DNA of 64,000 bases from Candidatus Magasanikbacteria bacterium CG10_big_fil_rev_8_21_14_0_10_47_10. GTDB lineage: Bacteria > Patescibacteriota > Patescibacteriia > Magasanikbacterales > UBA922. Each line of letters begins with the position of its first letter. The first letter of the stretch is position 1. The notes beneath the pieces were generated by a model. That model was not told the origin of the DNA, did no database searches, and saw only the letters and a program-made list of their open reading frames with translations. Below are positions 30,413 through 38,736 of this stretch, in pieces. The stretch is taken from assembly GCA_002773135.1 (NCBI GenBank), contig PFCB01000023.1, positions 1,018 through 65,017 on the forward strand. Reading direction: 5' to 3'. The position numbers and the translations under genes were made by a program.

Positions 30413-30613
30413 ATGTCTATGGCATCCGCTTTTCAAAAAATCAAAGACTACTTTCACGGCGCAATCAGCGAACTGAAAAAGGTGACCTGGCCAACCCGAA
30501 AACAAGTTATCAATTATTCAATCATGGTTATTGCCATGAGTATCGGCATTGCCATTTTTTTTGGCGTGCTGGACTACATCTTTAACCTTGGCCTGGGCGC
30601 CCTCCTTTCATAA
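30413..30613 (+). CDS. secE: Preprotein translocase subunit SecE
   Basis: 66 aa. KKVTWPTRKQV motif and a C-terminal TM segment. Immediately upstream of nusG. Confidence 0.8.
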   Translation: MSMASAFQKIKDYFHGAISELKKVTWPTRKQVINYSIMVIAMSIGIAIFFGVLDYIFNLGLGALLS

Positions 30614-30628
30614 ATTTGTTGCTTTTTT

Positions 30629-31174
30629 ATGGCCAAACAAACCCTGGACCTCGGCAAGCGCTGGTATGTGCTTCACACCTACAGCGGATACGAGGAAAAT
30701 GTAAAGAGAAATTTGGAACAACGTATAGACACCTTTGACATGAGTGACAAAATTACTGCGGTCATGGTTCCAAAAGAAAAAAAGATAAAAATAAAAAATG
30801 GGAAGCGAACAACCGTAGAAGAAAAAATATTTCCGGGATATGTCCTGGTTGAAATGGTCGTGACGGATGACAGCTGGTACGTGGTACGAAACACGCCTAA
30901 CGTCACGGGCTTTGTCGGCTCCGGTACCACCCCCACACCCATTGATGCCAAAGAAATGATGTCTCTTCAAGGACGCATGCAAGTGGCTGAACCGTCTCAC
31001 AAAATTGATGTATCAGTAGATGAAACAGTGCAAATTATCGACGGACCGTTTAAAAACTTTGAAGGAAAAGTCAGCGCCGTGGATGACTCACGCGGAAAAA
31101 TCAAAGTACTGGTTAATATGTTTGGCCGAGAAACACCGGTCGAGCTCGACGCGCTGCAGGTGAAAAAGGTTTAA
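30629..31174 (+). CDS. nusG: Transcription termination/antitermination factor NusG
   Basis: NGN domain ([11 protein letters not shown]) and C-terminal KOW domain. Confidence 0.9.
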   Translation: MAKQTLDLGKRWYVLHTYSGYEENVKRNLEQRIDTFDMSDKITAVMVPKEKKIKIKNGKRTTVEEKIFPGYVLVEMVVTDDSWYVVRNTPNVTGFVGSGTTPTPIDAKEMMSLQGRMQVAEPSHKIDVSVDETVQIIDGPFKNFEGKVSAVDDSRGKIKVLVNMFGRETPVELDALQVKKV

Positions 31175-31185
31175 TAAATATATAT

Positions 31186-31611
31186 ATGGCAAAAAAACTC
31201 GTCACACAAATCAAACTCCAAGTAAAGGGCGGTCTGGCAAATCCGGCGCCTCCCATTGGTCCTGCGCTCGGTCAGCATGGGCTGAATATTCAGGATTTTT
31301 GTACGCAATTCAACAACGCGACACAGGACAAAAAAGGTGATGTCGTACCGGTCGTGATCAATGTGTATGATGACCGAAGTTTTGATTTTATTACCAAAGT
31401 TGCTCCGGCCAGCGAATTGATAAAAAAAGCAGCCAATATCAAATCAGGCGCTGCCAATCCCCTGAAAGATAAAGTCGGTAAAATTACAAACGCGCAACTG
31501 CGCGAAATCGCTGAGACAAAAATGCCGGACCTCAATGCCAATGATATTGACGCGGCAATGAAAATAATCGCCGGCACGGCAAAGCAGATGGGTGTGAAGG
31601 TCGAAGGATAA
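31186..31611 (+). CDS. rplK: 50S ribosomal protein L11
   Basis: [18 protein letters not shown] in the L11 N-domain. Confidence 0.9.
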   Translation: MAKKLVTQIKLQVKGGLANPAPPIGPALGQHGLNIQDFCTQFNNATQDKKGDVVPVVINVYDDRSFDFITKVAPASELIKKAANIKSGAANPLKDKVGKITNAQLREIAETKMPDLNANDIDAAMKIIAGTAKQMGVKVEG

Positions 31612-31624
31612 CACCACCACTAAG

Positions 31625-31657
31625 ACCAAAAAACTCGCCACATTGGCGAGTTTTTTA
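31625..31657 (+). terminator. Rho-independent terminator after rplK
   Basis: AAAAAACTCGCCA cat TGGCGAGTTTTTTATTT. Confidence 0.55.
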
Positions 31658-31761
31658 TTTGGAAAGAATATCTATGCACAAATGTTTCCACACAGGTCTC
31701 CCGCGCGTGTCAATCGCGCCTCGCCATCGTGCGTCTCTTTTGTTATACTGTGTACAACAAT

Positions 31762-32682
31762 ATGCATCGCCCATCCATTGCAATTATTGGCGCAGGCGCG
31801 GTAGGCTCTACCATCGCCTACGCGCTCACGATAAAAAACCTCGCGGCAGAGGTCATGCTTATTGATGTCAACGAAAAAAAAGAAGAGGGCGAAGTTATGG
31901 ACATTTCTGATGCCATGTGTTTTGTTGAAACGGGTTGTGTTACCAACGGCAATTTCAGAGATGCGCGTGGCGCGGATATTATTATTATCACCGCAGGCGT
32001 CTCACAAAAACCCGGGGATACCCGCCTTGATCTGCTGACAAAAAACGCAAACATCGTGCGATCCGTTTTCAAGGGAATTGGTCGCCTAAAAAAGACTGCC
32101 ATTATCATCATTGTCACCAATCCTGTTGACGTAATCACCTATCTCGCGCAAACAATATCCGGCCTGCCCCACAATCAAGTATTTGGGAGCGGAACCACGC
32201 TTGATACGGCCAGGCTGCGCAAGCATGTGGGGGAAACACTGGGAGTCAGCAGCCAAAATGTTCATGGATATGTTATGGGAGAACACGGAAACAGCCAATT
32301 CGTCGCTTGGAGTTCCCTCACCGTGGGCGGCATGTCCGCTGCACACATCAAAAAGTTATCCGCGCCAACAAAGAACGTAATAGAAAAAAAGGTACAGATG
32401 GGTGCTTACGATATTATTGAAAGAAAAGGCGCAACGTACTATGGCATAGGGCTGACAGTTACAGACATTGTGGAGGCCATTATATACAACCAGTACAAGA
32501 TACTACCGGTCAGCGCGCGCCTGACACGCTGGAACGGAGTCTCGGATATTTGTCTTGGCGTTCCAGCCATTATTGCCGAATCAGGAATTCAAGGACAGTG
32601 GCCGATGTCTCTTCCAAGTGCGGAAAAAAAGAAACTATGGTCCTCAGCCGAAACAATCCGTGACCATATCAAAGCCTTATGA
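31762..32682 (+). CDS. ldh: L-lactate dehydrogenase
   Basis: IAIIGAGAVGST Rossmann motif and a GEHGNSQFVAWS region typical of LDH. Start placed at the MHRPSIAII methionine. Confidence 0.8.
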   Translation: MHRPSIAIIGAGAVGSTIAYALTIKNLAAEVMLIDVNEKKEEGEVMDISDAMCFVETGCVTNGNFRDARGADIIIITAGVSQKPGDTRLDLLTKNANIVRSVFKGIGRLKKTAIIIIVTNPVDVITYLAQTISGLPHNQVFGSGTTLDTARLRKHVGETLGVSSQNVHGYVMGEHGNSQFVAWSSLTVGGMSAAHIKKLSAPTKNVIEKKVQMGAYDIIERKGATYYGIGLTVTDIVEAIIYNQYKILPVSARLTRWNGVSDICLGVPAIIAESGIQGQWPMSLPSAEKKKLWSSAETIRDHIKAL

Positions 32683-33605
32683 AACAGCGACTGACTGTCC
32701 CCCTTGCTGTCGCTCTCCTTATTGTATTGGGTGCCGGCTGCGGTAGCCCGAAGGATAGCGACAACGCACAGCCACAGATGCCGGAGAATCAACCTATTGA
32801 TAATGAAACAGTTATTGAAGGGTCGGTACAGCAACTCTCCTATATTTACTGCGTACAGAACGGTCATCAAACCACCTTGGAATATTCCAACCAAAAACGG
32901 GCGTATGTTCTATACTGCGCGTTTCCGGATGGCTCCCGCTGCGACGCAAGTGCGTTTCAAAACAAAGAATGTACCGATGAAACAGCGGAAATGCCCGTTG
33001 ATTTTATTGCCGTCAACAGAACAACGGTGGGGCTTATCAGCGGACCACGGTCATGCCCGCCTGTCGCAAATCCCGTATGCGGATCCGACGGACGAACATA
33101 TACGAATGCGTGCACAGCGCAACAGCGACATATCGATATTCTTGCCGAAGGATCGTGTACAAATTTACCCGATATCACCCTGCCCAATGTCGAGCGATAC
33201 CGAGGTTCTATACGCGTGAGCCCCCCCGAGGAACTTTCGACAACCCAAACAACAGACACAGCTCCTGTCACGACGCCCCCTCAAAACACGACGGAAAAAA
33301 CCACCCCGACAAATCAACCGCCAAAAAGTGAACCACCGTCAAAGCTGGCGCAAGCAGGCCTGCCGGACTGGCTCAGTATTCCTATTTCACTTCTGGACGA
33401 AAGCAATACCTCCGCGCGCGCGACGATTGAGGAATGCCGGATAGATGGAAATATCTACTATGTTCAAATAGAAAATAATGATTTTTCCATTCTCTATGAT
33501 GCAACGGGGAGCCTGATTTGCTACCCGTCCAATGATATAGACAGCTCCTGCCCCAGGGGCTTCACGTTGGCTACCGGATCATGTACTGTGGTCTGGGAGA
33601 AATAG
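32679..33605 (+). CDS. Surface lipoprotein with DUF333 (YoaF-like), a Kazal-type protease-inhibitor domain, a Thr/Pro-rich linker and a C-terminal Cys-containing domain
   Basis: Lipobox LGAGC. DUF333-like segment C..NG...E....R...C.FPDGSRCD..AF...C. Kazal motif CPPVANPVCGSDGRTYTNACTAQQRHIDILAEGSC. Linker TTQTTDTAPVTTPPQNTTEKTTPTNQPPKSEPP. Confidence 0.7.
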   Translation: MKQRLTVPLAVALLIVLGAGCGSPKDSDNAQPQMPENQPIDNETVIEGSVQQLSYIYCVQNGHQTTLEYSNQKRAYVLYCAFPDGSRCDASAFQNKECTDETAEMPVDFIAVNRTTVGLISGPRSCPPVANPVCGSDGRTYTNACTAQQRHIDILAEGSCTNLPDITLPNVERYRGSIRVSPPEELSTTQTTDTAPVTTPPQNTTEKTTPTNQPPKSEPPSKLAQAGLPDWLSIPISLLDESNTSARATIEECRIDGNIYYVQIENNDFSILYDATGSLICYPSNDIDSSCPRGFTLATGSCTVVWEK

Positions 33606-33727
33606 CTATTTCCAAAACCGGCAAAAGGGATTGACAAAATCCCTTTTTTTATATATCATAGGGCACAGTACTTACTCAGTGGGACTCCAATCACTTGGGG
33701 GCTCGAACCACTACCATCCCAATTACT

Positions 33728-34408
33728 ATGGGCAAACGAATGGAAGACCTCAAGACCAAGGTCGATAAAACAAAGGTCTATTCCCTTGATGAGGCTATAG
33801 CCCTTGCCAAACAAACAAGCACGGTCAAATTTGATGCCGGTGTGGAAGTGCACGCGCGGCTGGGAATTGACACAAAAAAGACAGATCAGCAGGTTCGTTC
33901 CACAGCGGTTCTCCCACACGGCACAGGAAACACAAAGCGCATTGCCGCGTTTGTGGGACCAAACGATGAAGCGGCTGCCAAAGCCGGCGGTGCTGATCTG
34001 ATTTTCGGAGAAGAAGACATCAAAACGATAAAGGATACCGGAAAAATTGATTTTGATATCGCAGTGGCAACTCCGGAAATGATGCCAAAGCTGGCTGTCG
34101 CGGCAAAAGTACTCGGTCCAAAAGGACTGATGCCAAATCCAAAAACAGAAACAGTCAACAAAGATGTCAAAACAATGATTGAGTCGCTTAAAAAAGGTAA
34201 AGCGGCCTTCAAAACAGATGATACCGGAAACGTGCATCAGCTGGTTGGAAAAGTGAGCTTTGATGACGCTAAGCTCAAAGAAAATATTCTTGCCTTTATA
34301 GAGGCGCTGAAAAAGGCTAAACCGAGTGGAGTAAAGGGCATCTATATCAAAACCCTCTACCTCAGCAGCTCTATGGGGCCAAGCGTGAAGGTGGACACGA
34401 ATCTCTAA
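33728..34408 (+). CDS. rplA: 50S ribosomal protein L1
   Basis: L1 family match over the full length. Start placed at MGKRMEDLK. Confidence 0.9.
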   Translation: MGKRMEDLKTKVDKTKVYSLDEAIALAKQTSTVKFDAGVEVHARLGIDTKKTDQQVRSTAVLPHGTGNTKRIAAFVGPNDEAAAKAGGADLIFGEEDIKTIKDTGKIDFDIAVATPEMMPKLAVAAKVLGPKGLMPNPKTETVNKDVKTMIESLKKGKAAFKTDDTGNVHQLVGKVSFDDAKLKENILAFIEALKKAKPSGVKGIYIKTLYLSSSMGPSVKVDTNL

Positions 34409-34413
34409 TCACC

Positions 34414-34442
34414 ACAAACCCCCCTTTCGCAAAGGGGGGTTT
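34414..34442. terminator. Rho-independent terminator after rplA (bidirectional)
   Basis: CCCCCCTTT cgc AAAGGGGGG TTTTATTT. Confidence 0.55.
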
Positions 34443-34852
34443 TATTTGAATATGGCAGCGATACCGGCATCCAAATCTTCATCTGTTTGATATTCTTTGA
34501 GATCAATCCTCTTATCGCCCGTTATCATTGCCGATATCTGATACTCATCTTTTTTCAAGTACAGACAAACAATTCGTTTACCCATGTCAGCAGCTTTTGC
34601 GATAAGCACGCCAGCCCCATGGCTTGGAATACTCACCTCCGCGACAACAATGTCTGCTTGACCGAGACGCTGCAGCTCTCTTTCAAAAATTGCATCTTCC
34701 TCCAGCTCGGTTTCCCCATGCTTGGACATCTCTTGATCCGCCACATTGGGCGACAACACAGTCCCATAGTCAGCCAATCGCTGCGCTATGTATTTATATT
34801 GCGGTTGCATTCCTCTCCCCCCACGAATTGACCCGATAAAAAAAATATTCAT
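34442..34852 (-). CDS. 2'-deoxynucleoside 5'-phosphate N-hydrolase (DNPH1/Rcl-like, nucleoside 2-deoxyribosyltransferase superfamily)
   Basis: 136 aa. N-terminal IFFIGSIRGGRG corresponds to the DNPH1 YFCGSIRGGR signature, followed by downstream ...ADIVVAEVS.PS.G.G. Confidence 0.65.
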   Translation of the reverse strand: MNIFFIGSIRGGRGMQPQYKYIAQRLADYGTVLSPNVADQEMSKHGETELEEDAIFERELQRLGQADIVVAEVSIPSHGAGVLIAKAADMGKRIVCLYLKKDEYQISAMITGDKRIDLKEYQTDEDLDAGIAAIFK

Positions 34853-34858
34853 ACGGCA

Positions 34859-35635
34859 TTATTTCCAAGCAAGTAAAAATAGTGTCTTCTGCATTTCATA
34901 AAACGGCCTGTCATCAATAAGCGTTACAATCGGTTCGCGCGCAGTAAAACGGGAGTACACGATCTTGCTGTTATACAAGCGCATATCAAAGTCATCTTGC
35001 CTGTCATCTTTCATGACACGGATCTCGGTAAGTCTGTCATGATCGTACTGCGCCGCGAGCACGTTCGCCGTCTCGTCATCCGGCACAAGTATTTTTTGGG
35101 CGATCCCTTTTTCAATTCTTTTTTCGTCAAATGCCTGACGCAAGGCTAGGCCGGGACGCTTCTTCCGGTTCGAAGGAACATACGCATACAAACAGTCTGC
35201 GCCTGAATCAAACACATCGTCAAGCGCGGCTTTATACTGCTCCAGTCCCTCAAAAAAACGAACGTCCGGTCGCCGGTCAGCCAATCGGTACACTTGGCGC
35301 AAAGAGGGAACAAGCGACTGAACGTCCGCAATGCGATCCGCAAATTCGCGCTGCCGCGCATCAAGCACATCATACAAGTGCTCCGGATTCTGTGCAATGT
35401 ACTCGGTGCGCCAGCCTTCTTTTACTGACAATACCAATCCTGCCTCCTGCAGATTGCGGAGCACATAATACAGCATGGTTCTGGGAAACGAACTACGCTT
35501 CTGAAGCTCCTGCACGGTCGCCTTGGGTCGCTTGAGCATGAGTAGATAGAGCCGTGTTTCATTCTCACCCAGGCCGATTGCCTCCAAAGCCCGCTGCTGT
35601 TTGGTTTTATGTTTTTTGCTTTCTGTGTGAGCCAT
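34859..35635 (-). CDS. TrmB-family winged-helix transcriptional regulator
   Basis: N-terminal wHTH (LEAIGLGENETRLYLLMLKRPKATVQELQKRSSFPRTMLYYVLRNLQEAGLV) and a C-terminal sensor-like domain. Start placed at MAHTESKK. Confidence 0.6.
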   Translation of the reverse strand: MAHTESKKHKTKQQRALEAIGLGENETRLYLLMLKRPKATVQELQKRSSFPRTMLYYVLRNLQEAGLVLSVKEGWRTEYIAQNPEHLYDVLDARQREFADRIADVQSLVPSLRQVYRLADRRPDVRFFEGLEQYKAALDDVFDSGADCLYAYVPSNRKKRPGLALRQAFDEKRIEKGIAQKILVPDDETANVLAAQYDHDRLTEIRVMKDDRQDDFDMRLYNSKIVYSRFTAREPIVTLIDDRPFYEMQKTLFLLAWK

Positions 35636-35665
35636 ATACCCGCCATGAAGATAAAAAAAGGAGTA

Positions 35666-35684
35666 TGTAAAATGTACATTTACA
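35666..35684. promoter_or_regulatory. Near-perfect 19 bp palindrome TGTAAAATGTACATTTACA about 30 bp upstream of the TrmB-like gene; candidate operator
   Basis: Read directly from the sequence. Inverted repeat TGTAAA-N-TGTACA-N-TTTACA. Confidence 0.4.
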
Positions 35685-35753
35685 CTGTGCAAAAATCCTA
35701 ATCGACATCATCTTGCTTATAGTATACGATCAGCGTACCAACTCGGCGATAGG

Positions 35754-35774
35754 TTGTCAAATAGATACTGACAA
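35754..35774. promoter_or_regulatory. Inverted repeat TTGTCA-N9-TGACAA upstream of the GC-rich dUTPase-like gene; candidate operator
   Basis: Read directly from the sequence. Located in the divergent intergenic region between the regulator and the dUTPase-like gene. Confidence 0.35.
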
Positions 35775-35802
35775 TTTATGCCGCAATGCGGAAGGAGAAA
35801 CC

Positions 35803-36363
35803 ATGAGCGAGAAGCTCGTGTTCCAGTTCAGCATCCACCCCACGGCCAAGGAGCTGGGAGCCCGGATGCCGGACAAGAAGCACACCGGCGACCCCCTGAC
35901 GGCCGATGCCGGCTGGGACGTCTACCCGATCGACCTGTCGCGGCTGGACCCGAAGTGGCCCGGCTTCCCGTACACCCTCCAGCCGGGCGAGGCCCTGGCC
36001 ATCCCCACCGGCCTGACCTTCGTGGCCCCCCGCGGCTGGTTCCCCGAGGTCGTGGCCAAGACCGGCCGCGCCCTGCAGGGCGCCGTGCCGGCGGCCATCG
36101 TCTTCGACTGGCAGTACCGGCCGGACCAAACCGATCCGGCCGGGTCGGTCTTCAGCGCGCGCAACGTCTCGAACAAGCCGGTCGAGATCCGCACCGGCAA
36201 GGCGTTCGCCCAGCTCATCCTGCGGCCGCTGTGCCCGGCCGTCGCGGTCGAGGTCGAGCACGGCCAGATCGACACCAACACCGACCGCGGCGGCAAGCGC
36301 TACGGCGGTGCCGATGGCGAGGATGGCGGCAACATCCTGGATCAGCACCTCACCAAGGGCTGA
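35803..36363 (+). CDS. dUTPase-superfamily protein (divergent dUTPase/dCTP-deaminase-like), encoded in very GC-rich DNA (island C)
   Basis: Motif 1-like DAGWDVYPIDL, motif 2-like LQPGEALAIPTGLTF, motif 4-like AFAQLILRP and a Gly-rich C-terminus (DRGGKRYGGADG). SD GAAGGAG precedes the ATG. Codon third positions are almost uniformly G/C. Confidence 0.6.
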   Translation: MSEKLVFQFSIHPTAKELGARMPDKKHTGDPLTADAGWDVYPIDLSRLDPKWPGFPYTLQPGEALAIPTGLTFVAPRGWFPEVVAKTGRALQGAVPAAIVFDWQYRPDQTDPAGSVFSARNVSNKPVEIRTGKAFAQLILRPLCPAVAVEVEHGQIDTNTDRGGKRYGGADGEDGGNILDQHLTKG

Positions 36364-36369
36364 TCGTTC

Positions 36370-36452
36370 ACACGCGCCCATGCGTGTCGCTAAAACGGGG
36401 CTCTCGTAAGAGCCAAGGAGATCTGCCCACCCACGCGCACGCGTCGGTGGGC
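36370..36452 (+). repeat. Array of three GC-rich hairpins downstream of the GC-rich dUTPase-like gene
   Basis: ACACGC gcccat GCGTGT; GGCTCT cgta AGAGCC; GCCCACC cacgcgcacgcgtc GGTGGGC. Confidence 0.4.
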
Positions 36453-36548
36453 AAGGATCACAAGCGCATAATCGACTTTGTGTGCTTGTGCCCTAAAAGC
36501 CCCTCCCATTCTGAATATTGCTTCAAAACATGAAATAGCCCATACTGT

Positions 36549-37190
36549 ATGATACATAAACGTGAGCCCCGTATGGCACAAAAAATTCCTGACATTTTGA
36601 AATTTCTTCATCGAATAAATAAACTGAAGGACGTCACCCGTTTTAATACATCTCTTTCAGAGAATGGAGACACGGTTGCCGATCACTCCTGGCGTTTGGC
36701 ACTCATGGTCTTTCTTGTTGGTTCTGAACTTGAAATACCGGTTAACGTTTGCCGTGCCATGCAGCTTGCCCTTGTACACGATCTGGCCGAGCTTGAGACA
36801 GGCGACATAGACGCATACGACGCTATCGTGCAGGGGCTCGACAAAAGTGAAAAAAAGAAAAAAGAAGCCGCAGCGATGCAGGATATTCTCAAAGATATTT
36901 CTTTCGGTTCAAGCATTCACGCCCTGTGGGAGGAATATGAAGCACAAGAAAGTCCGGAGGCAAAATTTGTCCGCGCGCTCGACCGAATTGAAGCGTACCT
37001 GCATTTGGACAACGATAATACCGGTCTGTATGTACCGGAAGAATTTCACGGAGATTACGCCGATGACGCGGTGCAACGATTTGATGACGCGGTGAAACAC
37101 TTTCCGCCACTCAAACAAATTTTGGACCCGGTGAAAACAGAACTAAAGCAAAAATTCGACACACTCGGCGTGAAGTGGGTTGAGAAATAA
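36549..37190 (+). CDS. HD-domain phosphohydrolase, YfbR-like 5'-deoxynucleotidase
   Basis: HS..LA...........HD.AE..TGD pattern (ADHSWRLALMVF...ALVHDLAELETGDI). Confidence 0.7.
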   Translation: MIHKREPRMAQKIPDILKFLHRINKLKDVTRFNTSLSENGDTVADHSWRLALMVFLVGSELEIPVNVCRAMQLALVHDLAELETGDIDAYDAIVQGLDKSEKKKKEAAAMQDILKDISFGSSIHALWEEYEAQESPEAKFVRALDRIEAYLHLDNDNTGLYVPEEFHGDYADDAVQRFDDAVKHFPPLKQILDPVKTELKQKFDTLGVKWVEK

Positions 37191-37261
37191 AAAAACCCCC
37201 CGGATTCGCCTGACAAGCTAAGATTCTCGTTTCCCGAAAAGCCAGCTTGCCTGACGTAACG

Positions 37262-37276
37262 CCTGCCGGCAGGCAG
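37262..37276. repeat. Palindromic motif CCTGCCGGCAGGCAG, left copy at the boundary of GC-rich island D
   Basis: Identical 15-mer to the one at 2936-2950 inside the tRNA-like fragment. Confidence 0.5.
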
Positions 37277-37305
37277 CGAAAACAGGAGGTATTTTTTGTT
37301 ACATA

Positions 37306-37332
37306 TCTTTCCACGAACGCATCATGAAAACA
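37306..37332 (+). repeat. Imperfect direct repeat A: TCTTTCCACGAACGCATCATGAAAACA
   Basis: Matches 38326-38350 (TCTTTCCACGATCATCATGAAAACA) over ~25-27 nt apart from a small indel block (ACG vs T). Confidence 0.5.
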
Positions 37333-37433
37333 TGTGTAGCGGGCGACGGCGTGTGTACTCACATGCTCGTGTGCTATCACCGCCGCCCGATGTTGTGTGT
37401 CCTCCTTCCCCTTGTTGCCGTTGTGGAACCGTG

Positions 37434-37757
37434 TTATGCCGCCTGTTGTTCACGCCGCTTCACGGCTTCGATGGCGTACTCCACACTGTGCGCGCGGACA
37501 ACGTCCGTCCGCATGCCGCTGCAGTACAGCGCAAACCGACCCTTGCTCATGCGCATGAGCGTGAGAGTGCCATTACTGGCCATGTTGGCGTTGTGGATGA
37601 TCCAGTCACCCTGATGACCCACGTCGTACATGAGGGACTGATCACTGCCTCGCGGCGTGGTAAGCACCACCGCGAGCGCTGTCAATCCCGCCAACAGAGC
37701 GAGCGCGAGTGCCCCCAGTAGGGCGCACGCTTCGGGGCTGGTTACCACCACCGTCAC
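37434..37757 (-). CDS. Hypothetical membrane-anchored protein in GC-rich island D
   Basis: 107 aa with an N-terminal TM segment (ALLGALALALLAGLTALAVVL). Its start overlaps the stop of the upstream gene (ATGA). Confidence 0.45.
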   Translation of the reverse strand: MTVVVTSPEACALLGALALALLAGLTALAVVLTTPRGSDQSLMYDVGHQGDWIIHNANMASNGTLTLMRMSKGRFALYCSGMRTDVVRAHSVEYAIEAVKRREQQAA

Positions 37758-38203
37758 ACCGCTTCTTCGGTGCTGCGGTCAGCGGCGTCGAACTCCGTCC
37801 AGTTACCGGGCGTGTAGCCCAGCAACCGATCCGCCCTGTCGATGGCCGGACGGATGTCCGTCTTCGGCATCGGCGGCCAGGGCAGCCCGTCCATGTCCAG
37901 CAGTGCCAGGAGAAACTCCCGCCCCGGCACGGGCTCGATCTGCTCACCCGTCTCACAGCGACGCGCCCTGTCGGGTCCGAGGATCTCCCAGCCCGCGTAC
38001 ATCTCCATGAGACGAACCTCGGGTGCCGGCGTCTGCGCCAACGAAATCGGCTGCCGCGCAGGCCGCTGCGCGTCGAGTACGCGTGGCCGGAAGCGTTCGA
38101 CACGCCGCATCTCCTTCCGCCTCTGCCTGCGGCTGTCCCAAATCCACAGCGCCAGCACAAACAGTGCCAAGGCTACCAGACCGATTTTGAATCGGTCACT
38201 CAT
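37754..38203 (-). CDS. Hypothetical membrane-anchored protein in GC-rich island D
   Basis: Start placed at MSDRFKIGLVALALFVLALWIW, with SD AGGAGGGA upstream. One TM segment followed by a ~120 aa soluble domain. Confidence 0.45.
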   Translation of the reverse strand: MSDRFKIGLVALALFVLALWIWDSRRQRRKEMRRVERFRPRVLDAQRPARQPISLAQTPAPEVRLMEMYAGWEILGPDRARRCETGEQIEPVPGREFLLALLDMDGLPWPPMPKTDIRPAIDRADRLLGYTPGNWTEFDAADRSTEEAV

Positions 38204-38290
38204 CGACTTCCCTCCTGTCCGACTATATGTCGGACTGCCTGTTGAAGACCATGGATAATACAGCTTCTGACCGATTTTGTCAACGGATAA

Positions 38291-38318
38291 AAAAATCCCT
38301 CTTGTACAGGGATTTTTC
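38291..38318. terminator. Rho-independent, bidirectional-type terminator inside island D
   Basis: AAAAAAATCCCT cttgtac AGGGATTTTT. Confidence 0.5.
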
Positions 38319-38325
38319 TGGTTCT

Positions 38326-38350
38326 TCTTTCCACGATCATCATGAAAACA
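38326..38350 (+). repeat. Imperfect direct repeat B: TCTTTCCACGATCATCATGAAAACA
   Basis: Partner of the repeat at 37306-37332. Confidence 0.5.
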
Positions 38351-38454
38351 AGAACGAATGGTGGGGAATTCCGCGCGGTTCATGCCGAAATGTCCCCCAC
38401 CGTTCCTCATGCCATAAGCATGCTCCTTTGTCTGGACCCGAAGGTCGTTGTTGT

Positions 38455-38657
38455 TCAGGCAGTCGCCGGCGTGGACTCGGGCTTGGGGATGCCGACGGCT
38501 CCCCGCCCTCGGTCATCTCCGCGATCGAAACTGTCCTCCACGCACTCGCCGTCACGCCACAGGGTCGTCCTGCGGCTCGTCGCCGAGTACACTTCGAGAG
38601 TTGTTCCGTCCCGGTGCCTCAGAATGCCCGATCGCCTTCGACCCTTTTTGGGGTCCA
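38455..38657 (-). CDS. Small basic hypothetical protein (67 aa) in GC-rich DNA
   Basis: Manual translation from the ATG at 38655-38657 gives MDPKKGRRRSGILRHRDGTTLEVYSATSRRTTLWRDGECVEDSFDRGDDRGRGAVGIPKPESTPATA. SD GGAGGA lies ~9 nt upstream. A competing ORF at 38340..38555 is in another frame. Confidence 0.3.
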
Positions 38658-38669
38658 TGTCTCTGCTCC

Positions 38670-38685
38670 TCCCTGCCCCGGCAGG
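38670..38685. repeat. Palindromic motif CCCTGCCCCGGCAGGG, a variant of CCTGCCGGCAGG at the right boundary of island D
   Basis: Read directly from the sequence. It lies just upstream (minus-strand sense) of the RBS of the 67-aa ORF. Confidence 0.45.
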
Positions 38686-38736
38686 GTGCTGTTGCAGACA
38701 CTCCAACCTATCACACAGTATACCATTTGTCAAGGC

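Noticed and set aside
29696-30476. Plus-strand ORFs 29696..30211, 29848..30390 and 30120..30476 in island B and the secE leader
   Set aside because: They are antisense or frame artefacts of GC-rich sequence. The last would run through the secE promoter and start.
35776-36533. Long ORFs 35776..36381 (-) and 35778..36533 (+) overlapping the dUTPase-like gene
   Set aside because: They are Arg/Pro/Gly-rich frame artefacts typical of high-GC DNA. Only the 35803..36363 frame has dUTPase motifs, an SD and GC3 bias.
37642-38245. ORFs 37642..38160 (-), 37657..38010 (+), 37709..38245 (+) and 37842..38258 (+) in island D
   Set aside because: They have Arg/Ser/Pro-rich low-complexity translations and mutually overlapping frames. 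They are judged to be GC-driven spurious ORFs. The two membrane-protein frames with SD and TM segments were retained.
38227-38736. N-terminal 170-aa extension of the dCMP deaminase ORF (track start 38227)
   Set aside because: The extension lies in GC-rich island sequence with a nonsense-like translation. Deaminase homology begins at KRPSWDEYF, so the start was moved to 38737.
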